From positions 28,646,001-28,710,000 of the forward strand of contig CM052818.1 of NCBI GenBank assembly GCA_028534125.1: a DNA stretch of 64,000 bases. Direction: 5' to 3'. Below the pieces are notes generated by a model. That model was not told where the DNA came from. It saw only the letters and a program-made list of their open reading frames with translations, and did no database searches. Made by a program: the position numbers and the translations under genes. Shown here piece after piece: positions 39,864 through 53,050 of this stretch; the first letter of the stretch is position 1, and each line of letters begins with the position of its first letter. Source of the DNA: Lama glama. Lineage: Eukaryota.

Positions 39864-41029
39864 CTTGTTTTCAATTATTTCGATTTAATCTCAGAGTTAG
39901 AACATAGCTTTCTCATTGAAGAAATTTCTTCTTATTTCATTATTAGTGTGTGAGAACTGTTCCAGACTGGTGAACACATTTAAAATGTACTTAACACTGA
40001 GGATGATTCCACTGCATTTTCTATTTTTCTTCCAGTGGTAATACCTCTCAGTATTACCTTGTATCTCCTCTGCTTATCTTGTGATAGGAGAATACTTCAG
40101 GTTTTTTCAGCAGACTTTTCCCCTGACAACAGATTAACAGTGAAGAATGTGGCAACAGGGGGCCCTGCAGGCCCAATCTCGAATTACAGTAGTGTGAATA
40201 TGAAATGCATGCTCCTTCTCTCTATCAGAGAGGGGCTATCACCTCTTTCCTACTATAACTTTGCCTTCTGGTGTGAGAAATGCCACATGGTGTGACCTTG
40301 ACTTTCTCCCATGGCTCTATATGGCAAAGCTAAGTGTGGCTGGGCTGTCAGAGTGCAAAGACTTTGGAAAAAGCAGCAGGAGCCTCCAAATGATTTTGAA
40401 GGGTCCTAGATGCCCAAAGTGAGGTCAAATCTGTGAGAAGCTTGTAAGTCCAATATGTAACCTCATTTAGTTTTAAAGGAGGCCATATCTATCTATAAGG
40501 AAAGATCAGTGTAATTTAAGAAACCAGGATTTTTCTCAATGTTGTTTTTCTGCTCTTTCAATGACATGAAATTACTAAATGAATAATTAACCCTGACTGA
40601 ACTTGAGCAAAAATAAAGACATATACATGCTTCTTGCATTGACACCAGATTCCTAGTCCTAATAATACACAATAATCACAGCTGTTCACATTCTTTTATC
40701 CATTTGATGTGAGGGGTGGTGGTTTTATATTTTTTGAAAAATCTTAAAAGTAGTAACTGAAAAATTAGATGAAATTAGAAACATAACTTGAGAACAATTC
40801 CAAGACAGCTAATTGGGAAATGTAAACTACTCTGGATTAGAAAATGATAAAGGAAATGACTGTAAGTAAAGAAATATTTCCAATAAAGTTCAGAAAAGTA
40901 TTTCAAGCTGCAGTAGTTATAATGGACAGATGCAAGGGAAGGAGAACAGACCATATTTAGTCATCTTTTCAAAAGCCAGCATGGATGACATAGTGCTGGC
41001 ATTTGAGACACTTAGTAGGAAACAAGTAT

Positions 41030-41230
41030 GCCATTAGAATCAGAAACAAAAACTGGATTTAGCTGCTAGCTCTACCATTTAGCACCTCTTGAATCTCAGG
41101 TTTTCTTTCCAAAAATTAGAAATAATGCCCATATCAGCTATTTACTATGAGTTTTTGTGAGGATTCTTTAAAACATTTTTAAAGTACCTTGTAAACTATA
41201 CAAATATGCAGAGCTAGGATAATAGTAGTG
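41030..41230 (+). mobile_element. MIR SINE
   Basis: agaatcaga...tagctctaccatttagc...tctcaggtttt...tgtgaggatt. Confidence 0.65.
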
Positions 41231-41469
41231 TTTGTTGATGGAATGAGTGAGAAACAAGCACAAACCTAATCTAACTATAACTATTACTTGTTGAAAAGCA
41301 CTAAATTATGTCCTATCTCATATCTGTTTCTGATTTAATTTCCTGTGTGTGATGATTATCTTTTAGAAAAACTGTGTAAATTTCTAGATCATTGGCACTG
41401 CTGTTTTGTACTCTTTACCCACATAATGTGACAGATATTAGTGGAAAGAGAGTGAATGAAAAGGCAGAG

Positions 41470-41630
41470 GCTCCTGAAGTTAAACTCCAGCTCTGTCATC
41501 CTGTATTTGTGGGATGTCAAACAAGCCAAATAACCTCTATGAAGCTGAAATTTTTCATTTCTGAAATGAGCATAATAACAGCTACCTCCTAAAGTTGCTG
41601 TCAAGATCTAAATTATAATAAGGCACCTGG
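41470..41630 (+). mobile_element. MIR SINE
   Basis: ccagctctgtca...taacctct...ttttcatttctgaaatgagcataataacagctacctcct. Confidence 0.7.
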
Positions 41631-44600
41631 AAGACTACTCGACACAGCAATAGGATCTTTATTATCTATCTCTATTTTTTAAATGATTTCCAGACCTTCT
41701 CACCCAATCTTACACAGAGGACATTTCCAGGTGTGAACAGTTTAAGAAGAAAGAAATTCTACCTTCAGAGTATCCTAAGGCAAGCCAACAAAGCCAACTC
41801 ATTCCTTCCAAAATTGGCTTTCAAGATTTTCCTTCTTAAACACCTCTTTCTTACTTAACTTGTAGTCAAAGAAATTCTCTGTCTCTCATAGTCCAGAGGA
41901 ACTAGAAAGAGCAATCCCTTTAAAAGTTACTGCTTAACTATTATCCAATCCCCAAAGCAGAGGTTGACTTACTCAGCTATTGAGTCTCCACAGCTGGATT
42001 CCAAGCCTTCTACCAAGTGTTGATAATCTCTTTGCCACCTGGGAACAGACTCTATTCCAACCTCTTGTTAGTCACACCTTTAGTGCTTCTTGATACCAGT
42101 TTTTCCTCTCTATGCTTACCAAAAAAGTCCACTCATTACTCAATGTTAAGGTCAAGTTGTATCTATTCCCATGAAGATTTACTGTCCACCTGTCCCCATG
42201 TTGACTTTTCTGACTCTGAATACTTACAGCACTTATTTTCTGCACCAGTAACTCCACATTTCCCTTGCGTAATAATTTAACCATTATTATCCAGGGCAGA
42301 GTTCTATGTTTTATACATTATATCTTCCAAAACGTTCTAAAATTGTGCTGCAGATAGGATCATCTTTTTATTTTCTGAGTTATATAAATGAATCAGCCAC
42401 AAAAAACAAATTTTACTGAAGACAGTCCAAAGCACTGTTCAGTCGGACACTGATAATTTGGATGTCTCTGCTCCAGTGCTCTGATTCCATTATAACAGAA
42501 AGAAGAATTACACTTCCTTTTTCTATCATGAATTTTCCCCACTTAGCCACCAGGTCTTCAGTTGCTTTCTTGGCTGCTCATATTGTTATCAAAAATGTCA
42601 GCAAGTGCTGGTAGGAATCTGCACGCTGATGAGCCCATAGGAGCAGAAATAGCTCTTTGCCTGCAGTTACACGAACGCTCTATCTATACAATCTTTATTG
42701 TTTTTCAAAAGAGACATCGTTCATTCCCCAAGCTGTAAATCTAACCCCCTTTTCCTAAAACAAAATGCCACTAAACAAGAAGACCAAAAAAAAAGAATTG
42801 TAGTCGTGATGAGGTAAAGGGATAAATGCATGAAACTTTCAGCATCAGCTAGATCAAAATACAAACATCCTAGAAGTAACAGACAGCAGAATCAGTGTGC
42901 AATGGGTAAAAAATGTAGGCTTACACTGGGAAATTACTGCCTTTCTAACACTTTTTTGAAAATAGTTGTCTTTTCCTAGACATATATAACTATAAGGAAG
43001 ATGGTTTTGCTGAAGTAGACTATTTCCCCTGGCAGACAAAAACCCCAGTCACCTTTGCACCATCAGATTTCCTGGACTTCCTTACCTGTCTTCAAAAGAC
43101 ATTTTCTATTTCAGAGCCCTGCTGAGAGCCCCATGCCCTGGTTAGCATGATTGTAACTACAAGAAGCCACATCAGGTTCTACATGTAGGGATGGCTCTGT
43201 GAAGCCTCAGGGTCAGCATCCAGCATGTATTCACCAGTACGGAAAACAGATTCTCTAATGTAGCAATTTAAATATTTCTCTTCCTTCCCACACTTTTCTC
43301 CAGTCTCTAGTCATGAGAAGAATTACTTAGGCAGGTTTCACAAAAATGATGGTATTGCTAAATTTTAAGAAAACAGCCACATATTAGAGAAGCTTAATAC
43401 ATCTGGAAGATCCTAAGACCTTTGGCCAGCATTATATGGCAAGGAGGGAGGGATGGTCCCCAAGAACTTTCTACCTGATGGGACACAAATGTTCCTCAGC
43501 TCCACATTTATACCTTATTTGGGGGGAGGGGTCTCCTGACACTTGCCTAGCACCCGAAGAACTATCACCCACTGTACAATCTACTAGTTAAATATTCTCA
43601 GGCGGGAGCCTTCCCACAAAAGCAATGTCCTCAAACTCACACTGTGGATGATCTTTTAGCTTCGGCTGCCCTATTAATATGTTTTAAACTACAGGTAATA
43701 CTTGCAATTACAAGATTATTCCAGGGCTTCTGACTTTTCTTTCTGTCAATTCTTTCAACCAATACTGCACTGTCCCTTCCCACAGTCCTAATGAGGACTG
43801 ATAAGTTATTATGGAAAGCAACTTAGTGCTAGAGGAGATGACAACGAGCTGTTCTAAATGCACAAAACAACATGTAATTTCAAAGCCTTTCATTTGAAAT
43901 GTTAAAATTATCAAAGCTCTGGAATACAGGGTCAGAGAAGACCTGTGAATACAGGGTCAATTCATGTTCGTCAGCTTTATTTCCAATAAGTCTAAAATTC
44001 TGAAAAGATGAATACATAATGTAGTTGGGCATTCATTATTTTGCTTAAAATATGTGAAATGTAATATTTTAAATAAGAAGCTCCTTTATATCTCCCCCAT
44101 ATAAGCCAGTGAGTCAGTGTTCTAAAAGCTAATTTATTTCCCTGGGCAAAATTAGAGATTCCGTTCAGCCAAAGATGTTAAAGGGTTTGATAGTAATTCA
44201 CCCAAAGGGCTGGCTCCCTTTCTCCTAATACATATCCTGCGTTTCTGAAAGTTGGGCCAGACAGGAAGATATTCTCGTCTGGATATCTGTAATAATGATG
44301 ATGATGATGCAGCAAAGAAGATCTGAGAAATGCTTCAAAAATCTGAGAAACAAGGAGTAAATAAGATATAAAATGGATGAGAAGAGGGAGGAGGAGAGGA
44401 GCTCAGTAATAATTTAGAATGAAGAGGTAACAGTCATGTTGAAAAGTCTCAGTGGGATCTGCAGAGTGAATCTGTGACAATCATCTGCACCTATCCCTAT
44501 AGCTTAATACATGGTTATCATTACTATTAAATTGTCACCACCCTGTTACCATAACTTTCGAGGCACGAATTTATAGCTTACCTTCCTTTGTAAGTAAGAA

Positions 44601-44847
44601 AGTAGTAATTCTATCTGAAATGTAGCTCAGGTGATAACTCTGACACCTGTGTGTGTATAGTTAGCTGGCTTGCGTACAGTATCTAAGTGTCAGGGAAGTA
44701 CACTAGGGAACAGAGATGTCTTGAGTCCTAACAGAATTCATATTAACTAGACAAATGGAGCCCTTTCATATTTGGCTTTTTTTAACTAACATTGAAATTT
44801 TAACATCAAGAATTGGAAGGAAGAGAATATTAAACATAAAAAATGGT

Positions 44848-45842
44848 GCAAACGATGCTATTGACAAGGGCTTAACTGACAGAGTTTACAAACAGCTCAT
44901 ACAACTCAATTAAAAATAAATAAATAAATAACAACCCAGTCAAAAAATGGGCAGAAGACCTAAACAATCATTTCTCCAATGAAGCCATACAGATAGCCAA
45001 TAGGCACATGAAAAGAGACTCAATATCACTAATTGTTAGAAAAATGCAAATAAAAGCTACAGTGAGGTATCACTTCACTCTAATGAAGTGGTCATCATCA
45101 AAAAGTCTACAAATAATAAATCCTGGAGAGAGTGTGGAGAAAAGGGAACCCTCCTACACTATTGGTGTGTATGTAAATTGTGCAGCCACTATGGAACACA
45201 GTATGGAGATTCCTTTAAAAAACTAACAATAGAGTTACAATATGATCCAGCAATCCCACTCCTGGGCATATATCTGGAAAAAGGTATAACTCAAAAAGAT
45301 AGATGCACCCCAATGTTCATAGCAGCACTATTTACAATATCCAAGACATGGAAAGCAATCTAAATGTTCTTCAACAGATGACTGGATTAAAAAGTTGAGG
45401 TATACAATGGAATACTACTCAGCCATTAAAAAGAATGGAATAATGCCATTTGTAGCAACATGGATGGACCTGGAGATTATCATACTAAGTGAAGTAAGTC
45501 AGACAGAGAAAGACAAATATCATATGATATCACTTACATGTGGAATCTACAAACTGACACAAATGTACTTATTTAAAAACCAGAAACAGACTCATAGACA
45601 TAGAAAACAAACTTCTGGTTACCAAAGGGAGAAGTAGAGGGGAAGGATAAATTCAGATTAGCAGATACAAACTACTATATACAAAATAGATAAGCAACAA
45701 GGTCCTACTATAACACAGAAGACTATATCCAATAGCTTGTAACAACTTATAATGAGAAAGAAATATCTACTTATAACTGAATCACTATGCTGTATACCAG
45801 AAACTGACACAACATTGTAAATCAACTATACCTCAATAAAAT
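44848..45842 (+). mobile_element. 5'-truncated L1 (ORF2 C-terminus + 3'UTR)
   Basis: ORF2 peptides YDPAIPLLGIY and YTMEYYSAIKKN, full 3'UTR, and 8-bp TSD aaaatggt (44840-44847 and 45843-45850). Confidence 0.96.
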
Positions 45843-47534
45843 AAAATGGTATGGTAAAAAAATTAAATTGATGATGGTTCTGTCAGCCTTTTGACTGCCT
45901 ATTTAGGGCATCAACTAATCAAATGATCAAATATGTCTATTTTTAATGCCAATAGGTTTTTCTATAGTTAAATATGTAAAGTTTTCAAAGTAACACACCT
46001 ACGCAAACCTAGGGCTAAATTCAGCTAAAACATGTTGGTTTCATTCACCATGACCCAATGTTTAGCTCCACAGTTGATGGGGCTCAGAAACACAGACACT
46101 TAGAGATGTACAAACAAGCCTAGATGAATTGATACTCCAGAATTTTTCAATTCCATTTGCTCACAGTCAGACAGGCACAACAGTTAAGTTAGAATTTGTA
46201 AGACGCTAAATGGCATTGACAAAAATAGAAAGAAAAAAACACATACAGATTTTTACTTGAAAAAATGAAGAGTGAAAAAAAATAAGGCAGGTCTCCAACA
46301 AAGCAATCATCAAGAGTAAATTGTCACACCATTGAGATTTTACAAAAGACATGGAATGTGTTGCAAGATAATAATAGAAAGTAAGCTATAAATAGCAAAG
46401 ATATTGTTCAGAATAAAGGGAAAATAATATACTCCAAAAGTCTTCAGAAATGTTTCAAATAAATCCCTGTGATTTGAGAAAAGAACAGAAAGAAAATGAG
46501 TAAGAGGCCTCAATTCTCTCTCAGTCCTTGTTTCACATTTGGACAATACAGCAGTTTGCATCAATCCATGTAAAAATACGAGTGCCTGCAATTTAAAAAA
46601 AATTAGAGCATTCTCATTTGTTTTCACATGCTCAATTCTCTAAAATCATATCAATTATGGTTAACTTTATTGATTTCACTTTCTTATATATTAAACAATG
46701 TGGTGTCAAATATATTTATATTTTAATGATGACAATTCCACTTAGAATATGTATAATTTAGTCAAGTAAAATTTTAACTCCTAGTTTTCATTCCTGTGTA
46801 ACAGGGACTTTATAGAACTGTTAATAGAGTCAGAGATAATACATGTTGCCAGATATGTTATATGTGTCTGGTAATGGTTAGATCTCCCAAATTACTAATG
46901 CACAAATATTTTTATAAGAATTTTAAAGGTACTTTTCTAGTATCCACTAGATTCTTTCAAAGGTCTGGGGAAAAACACCATCAGATTAATTTTCTAAAAT
47001 GTTAACTTGCCTATATTGCTGTTTTAGATTCTGCTTAAAAATAGTAACCAATTTTTGAGCACTAATATTGGAGATTTATGTTTTAGAAAGCTCACAATAT
47101 TGCTTTCTCTGATCATATCATTTAAGACTGAAAGTGTTGAAGTGGACAAATTAAGGCTTTTCAGGTAAATGTACAAACCATGAGCAATTTTCCAGGAAAA
47201 TGCAATGTTTATAATAGGAGTAAGTACAAGTTAAAGTAATTTTGTAGAGGAAAAAAAGAAGAAAGTTATCAAGAAATATTTACTATGTATCTACTATGCA
47301 AAAGGCAGCTAGGAATTAGAAGTACAGGGACAGTGCTCTGATGTACAGTCCAGAGAACTGATCCTTCCTTACTTACTCCCAGGGCCAGTGCTAATCAACA
47401 TTTGGTCAGTAAATAAGCAGATAGAAAACATTATCATATTTGCAGATGTCACAAAATGGAAAACCTCTAGGAGAGATTATGTAACTTCGAAAGAGGAATA
47501 AGTGAAAATGGAAAGTGCCTTAGGATGCTGAAGA

Positions 47535-47636
47535 TGTATATATACATGTATGTTATATCCTTGTAGATCTCTCTCTCTGTGTCTCTCTCTCTACATATAT
47601 ATATATATATATAGATTGAGTTGAGTTGAGTTGAGA
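47535..47636. repeat. Compound (CT)n/(TA)n/(TTGAG)n microsatellite
   Basis: Read directly. Confidence 0.85.
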
Positions 47637-47989
47637 GAAAGGAAGTACAGTCTCCTACCTGGCCTCAGGCCCTGGGGATCAGCCTTCTTGGAAGCTGCGA
47701 ACAGCCACCTTGCTGCAGGCAAGACTGTTGCTGTGTGTGTGGCTGGGGTAAGAAGGAAAGGTAACCAGGATCATTGGCTAAAGAATATTAAATTTCTATT
47801 TTGCCAGTCACCAAAGACTAATATTTTAGCACTACCTATTTTCTTCTACTTGTTGTGTTTATGTGTCTGTTCCTCCCCCAGTTTCCCAGAGATGAATCTC
47901 CTTAAGACTTACGGCTGAAATGTCATGCTGTACTTCACTGAGCCTAGCACAAAGCTGGACAGGTATATGTAGATGTTTCAATCTTGTTA

Positions 47990-48170
47990 ATAATAATCAT
48001 AACCATTCTATACCTCACAAAATAGTAGAACATTCTACCAACCTATTAAGTAGTTGTTTTTATCCCAAATCTACAGATGACGAAACTGAGGCTCAGAGAC
48101 CTCCTGTGAATTTTAAGTGGAAGAACAGGGCCTCAAATGCTGTACACAATTGTCACATTCCCTGACACAG
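47990..48170 (-). mobile_element. MIR SINE
   Basis: tatcccaaatctacagatgacgaaactgaggctcagaga. Confidence 0.75.
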
Positions 48171-49799
48171 TCACTTCTAACTGTTAGAGTGGCTGACTAT
48201 AAAACATCTGCTTAAACTCTCTTTCTAGCTGCAATTTTCTTCCCCATGACACTGCACTGTTTTGTCTGGTGCCCCTGCCACTATCAGAGGCCATGCTTAT
48301 CAAACAAAATGCCTGCAGTTCTACGGTAAACACAGCTCAAGGCCTCACAAAAAGCCCATGTCCATGTAGTTCACACAGTTGGTTCAGTCTCACAGCCTTC
48401 TAAACAGTCTGCTCTCACTTCTCAGTGTATTCCCATATTAAGTCAGGTCAAATGAATCTGCTCAGGACTTCTCAGTCATTCCCTTGGTGTAATATGTCAT
48501 CTCCTATCTAATTAATTATTTTTAAATTTATAATGTAATTAGGAATAGTTTTTTATATATACCTAATGGCCCCTTCATTCTGAGCATTTCTTCATCTATT
48601 TATAAAATCACACATGTGAATTTTGTTCTTTTCTTGATCATGTTGAGAGAGACAATTCAAGCTTGCTTCGTATAGCCTATTATTTTCCGTACTATGACCA
48701 AAGCAGATCGATGTTTTGGTGATAGTATGCTACTAATCCAGGTCCATAGAGAGAGACAGCTTCTCTGGAAAGAATCCATCATCTTATTTTACAATCTGCA
48801 TTGAATAACTCTATCAGCCTACAAGTTTTTGACATAGTCTCATCCTTTCCTCACCTAACTCTATTTGACAGCTAAAAGTAGATCACATTTATAGAACATA
48901 AGCACGTTTTTAGGTGGCATGGGCATTTCTTTCATATGATGATCTGTCAGATCTAATTCACATATAGGCAGAATGTCCTTTCATGTTGGCAAGTGCATAT
49001 TCATCATTCACTTTCTGTGGATAGCTAAACAATGCAGTATCTCACAGAAGCCTTATTATCCCATAATACATTCTGGATTAAACCCTTCCTAGAGGACTGA
49101 GTCTAACCTGTGGGTCACTTTACTTGAGGAAAAGGTATTTTAAAGAGATAAACTACTAATGGAGGTAGAGTGGGGAAAACATTGAGTAACAGAATAAAAG
49201 ATTTTGGAGGAATGTGCATGTCACTGCAGATGTTTGTACAACAAATCCTCCTGGGTTTAAACTTGATTCCACAATTTACTATGTCATCTTAAAATCATAG
49301 CCACAGTTTACTCATCTGTAAATTTATTATAAAACTTAGGTGAGGAAGTGTTTAAACTGCATGGCACAAAGCCCATCACGTAGTTATGCAAAAAATAGGT
49401 CTCTTCACTTGAGAGAATTTTCCTTGACCAACCTGGACCCAACATGTCTTCAACCCTTATTTTCTTGTGCTCTCCATAAAGCAATTTACATTTTTCTCCT
49501 AATTATGGAATTTACATCCTGATTTTGCTTCTGAAAAAGATGTTACTGAATTATTTTCTCTAAATATTCTCTTTCAAGTTCTCATTGAAATTTCAGTAGA
49601 AATCTTTATTATCTTCATCAGCAAACCTGGATTTCCTTCTAAATTCTCTGGTTTTGCTCTTCTCACTTTTCCTGGGTGGTTTTCTTACCTTTTACTGCTA
49701 CTGTCTGCCTTAATAAAAAAATGAGAGACTCTCCTGAAGATATTTTGAAGTACACAACTAAAATAGTAATTTGGGTGTTTGTTTTCATAATACCTCATA

Positions 49800-50020
49800 T
49801 ACAGCCATGGAGTCCAGGCACTGCCACTTAGATCCTATGAAACTTTGAAAATGTCATGAGGTTCTCTGTGCCTCACTTCTCTAATCTGTAACATGGACCA
49901 AACATTAGTAAATAAACATGTTACTCTATAGGACTGTTGTGAGGGATAAATGAATATTTATAAAACATTTAGTGTAGTGACTGTCATATAGTAAGCATTT
50001 AACAAATGCTAGCAATAGAC
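49800..50020 (+). mobile_element. MIR SINE
   Basis: tctctgtgcctcacttctctaatctgtaacatgg...gttgtgagggataaatga...catatagtaagcatttaacaaatgctagc. Confidence 0.8.
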
Positions 50021-52004
50021 GCATTTAATAATAGAAAATGCATTTAAAATACTTACTAGTTATATTCATTTTAAATGCTTAATATAGAGAATATTATGTA
50101 GTTCTGTTTTTCTTTGCTTTGCTTCCAACACTAGATGCTCTTAGTTCCTGAGGTATTAGAAGCTCTATGTAGCAGACACAAAATAAATGTTTGTTAAATT
50201 TGCAAGCTGATGGAAAAAAGTGAAAATTTTTTATTTTGGCTTTCAAATAGAAAGTCTTTATGATGTCGCCAATGACTTAAAAGTGTTCAGCACTTAATAG
50301 TAGTGCATTCAGTAGAAAGAAATCTGCCAGGTAACAAAAGGGACACCTCCCTCTGGGTACTTACAGACAACTAAACAAAAATTCATGGTTCTGAGCATAT
50401 TGTGAGATAGTGTCTAAAATGTCTCCCTTCAACACATTATAAACCAAATATATAATTTAAAACAAAAAAAGAAAAAGAAGAAAATTAAATTAAAGAAGTG
50501 TCCCTTCTAATAACTTCAGTGGTACCAAACCCAGGTATTTTCGAACAAAATGGGACAAAGCCTATATATATTGTTAACACAGCTGAATTAAAGAATGCAT
50601 TTAAATAAATTCTATTCTAAAACATATTAATTAATCCTACTGCAAAGAAAGTGTTATAGGTAGTGTTTGAAATAATACTAACCAAAGGTATAATAATGTG
50701 AAATTATCTGATCACTTATTAACGTTATTTTTAGTTTCCTCTCTCTAAATGATACATTACTGCAGTAAATCTACGTATGTGTAGCAAACATGTATTTTAT
50801 TGCAAACTTTCATTTAATAAAAAATATGTATTTTTAGCACTGAACTTCAGAGGAGGCTACAATTAAAATTATTCTATTTAATGATCATTCTAACAGCATG
50901 AATTGAGCAAAAATGGAATGGACTGTTGCATGAAATATTAAACTTCCTGACTTGGATGGGTTTAATAAGAATGAGTAACTATTTCTAAAGAATAATATAA
51001 AAATAATAACAAAATCTATATTGGGTGGGAATTTCAACTCAGTATACTCTAAAGTTGCTTTCATCTAAATAATTCTAATTTTGAATCCCTAACTATACTG
51101 GATATTAAGCTCTAGTTCTTTTATGTAGTTAAATCTTATATTTATATAAATTAAATCTTCTATCTAATTGGTAGAATTAGAAGCCAATAATTTATACATT
51201 ATGTGAGTTCATCTATCTGAGTATTATATTATATAATAGAAAAGATGGTGTTATTATTTCTTTCCTGATGCCACCCATCTTTATATTCACTGGGCATCAC
51301 TGAAGTCCAATATACATTTTACAATGGACTTATGTAATATTTTAGTGGTATATACATTATCAATTGCTATGACAACAGTTTTGTAATCCTACAGTCTTAC
51401 TAGATCTCATTAGTGTACCTACCAAATGCTTTCATGAGAAAATTTATAAAATATAAGGATAAAGTCTAAGTGATTATTTTTTCTTTGACCCTCTTTTATT
51501 TTTTCCTTCTGAGGGGATTTGTGTATTTTTTTTTCTGAAGATTCAGTTAGTCTAGCTTTTCCTACTTGAGCTATCAGGATTTCTACTGGAAGCAGTATTT
51601 CCCTTTTCAAAGAACACAGGTCAACCTCATTCAGCAGTGTTGAAAGTGTATACATTTATTTCAATGACTTGCATGAATTGTGTGTGTGACTCCACTGACA
51701 TTTGCTCAGTTAATGTGCACTACTGAAGCAGGGGCTGCTAGTTGCTCTATTATTGTGTAACTTTCTGTCTCCCTCACTACATGGCTAAAGTAAATATCTA
51801 TTTCTTAAAAAAAAACTGCTTTAATAGTACTTAATGGTGTTTTCCGAGCATTTGATAGTATTGCCTTTCTTTTTTCTAAACTAACTTGCATTTATCTTCT
51901 TACCTTTCCCCTCACTGAGTATAAATAAACCTCAAGACAAGGTACTGCCATGTAAGTCCATTTACCAGCAAAGGAAAGAAAAACAAAATAGCTTTCATCT
52001 CAAT

Positions 52005-52160
52005 TCAGCTAAATTCAACAAGCATTAATTGAGCACCCATTTCATGCCAGGTGCTGAGCCGGGACTTGGGGAAACAAAATTAGTTTCTGTCCTTAAGTAG
52101 TTCAGCAGGGAAAGTGGGTATGTAAAAATAAAAATGCTGTAATGTAATAAGCCCTAAAAT
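52005..52160 (-). mobile_element. L2 3' end
   Basis: attcaacaagcattaattgagcaccca...tgccaggtgctg. Confidence 0.75.
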
Positions 52161-52189
52161 GTATCTGTAATGCAATGTTTAATAGACTA

Positions 52190-52640
52190 CAAGAGTCATT
52201 TTAGCATAGTTGTTAATACATGGACTCTGGAGGGACTCAGAACCATACAGCCTAGGTTTCAACCCCCACCACCAACACTTACCACCTGTGTGACTTTGGG
52301 CAAATAACTTAACCTTTCTATGCCTCAGGTTTTTAACCTATAATTGGGGATAAAATTATTACCTATAGTCTCCTCTGAGTTCACGGGTGATTGGTTCCAG
52401 AACCCCAGCGGATATCAAAATCCACAGATTCTCATATCCCTTACATAAAATGGCATGGTACAACTGGTCTTCCATGCCTGTAGATTCATATATATAAATA
52501 CAAAGGGCTGACTGTATTTCATAGTGTAATTATAAGTTAATAGTTACACTAAATATAAATGAGTTAATATTTATAAAGTTATTGATAAAGTGTTTGGCAC
52601 AATCAGATGCTTTTTAAGTATTCATTGAATAAAATAATGG
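52190..52640 (+). mobile_element. MIR SINE split by a MER2-like element
   Basis: tgtgtgactttgggcaaataacttaacctttctatgcctcagg...accta, resuming after 52516 with tttcatag...aaatgagttaat. Confidence 0.85.
52366..52514 (+). mobile_element. MER2-like Tigger (TcMar) non-autonomous DNA transposon
   Basis: gattggttccagaacccc...gatatcaaaatccacagat...agggctgactg; termini (t)agtc...gactg with TA duplication at 52364-52365 and 52515-52516. Confidence 0.85.
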
Positions 52641-52904
52641 AGAGTTAATTGCTTAGGAAGTAAGAAAAATGTGATCTCAATGGGATATTTAGGAAAAATA
52701 CTTCAGAGAACAGGTATTTAAGAATGAATCAAATTTTCCAAAAAGGACAAAAAGAAAGCATAAAGAATGGTACATGGGTAGTCAAGTCTCAAGACTATCT
52801 AGTCAAGAGATAGCAAAGGGCTTCCTACAAATAGACAAAAACCTTCATTAAAAATAGCAACTGAAAAGTACGTGTAAGCTAGTACTGCACATCTTACAGA
52901 ATGG

Positions 52905-53050
52905 CTCAGGGTTCAGCAACACTGCTCTCACTCGGGAGCTGGTCAGGAACACAGTAGATTAGGCCCCACCTCAGATGTACTGGGTCAGGATCTGTGTATT
53001 AATGATGATTCTTTTACAATCAAATTCAACAGTTCTAACACTAACAGTTA
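52905..53050. mobile_element. Possible MER5-like hAT fragment
   Basis: gggagctggt...aggccccacctcaga...tcaggatctg resembles the MER5 core. Confidence 0.45.

Noticed and set aside
40149..40168. CTCF-like gtggcaacagggggccc
   Set aside because: Several mismatches in the core; much weaker than the 21740 site.
43655..43695. gcttcggc resembling the U6 snRNA 5' end
   Set aside because: Only ~8 contiguous matches; no TSD or further homology.
43922..43960. 13-bp direct repeat gaatacagggtca
   Set aside because: Simple local microduplication; spacing does not match common nuclear-receptor direct repeats.
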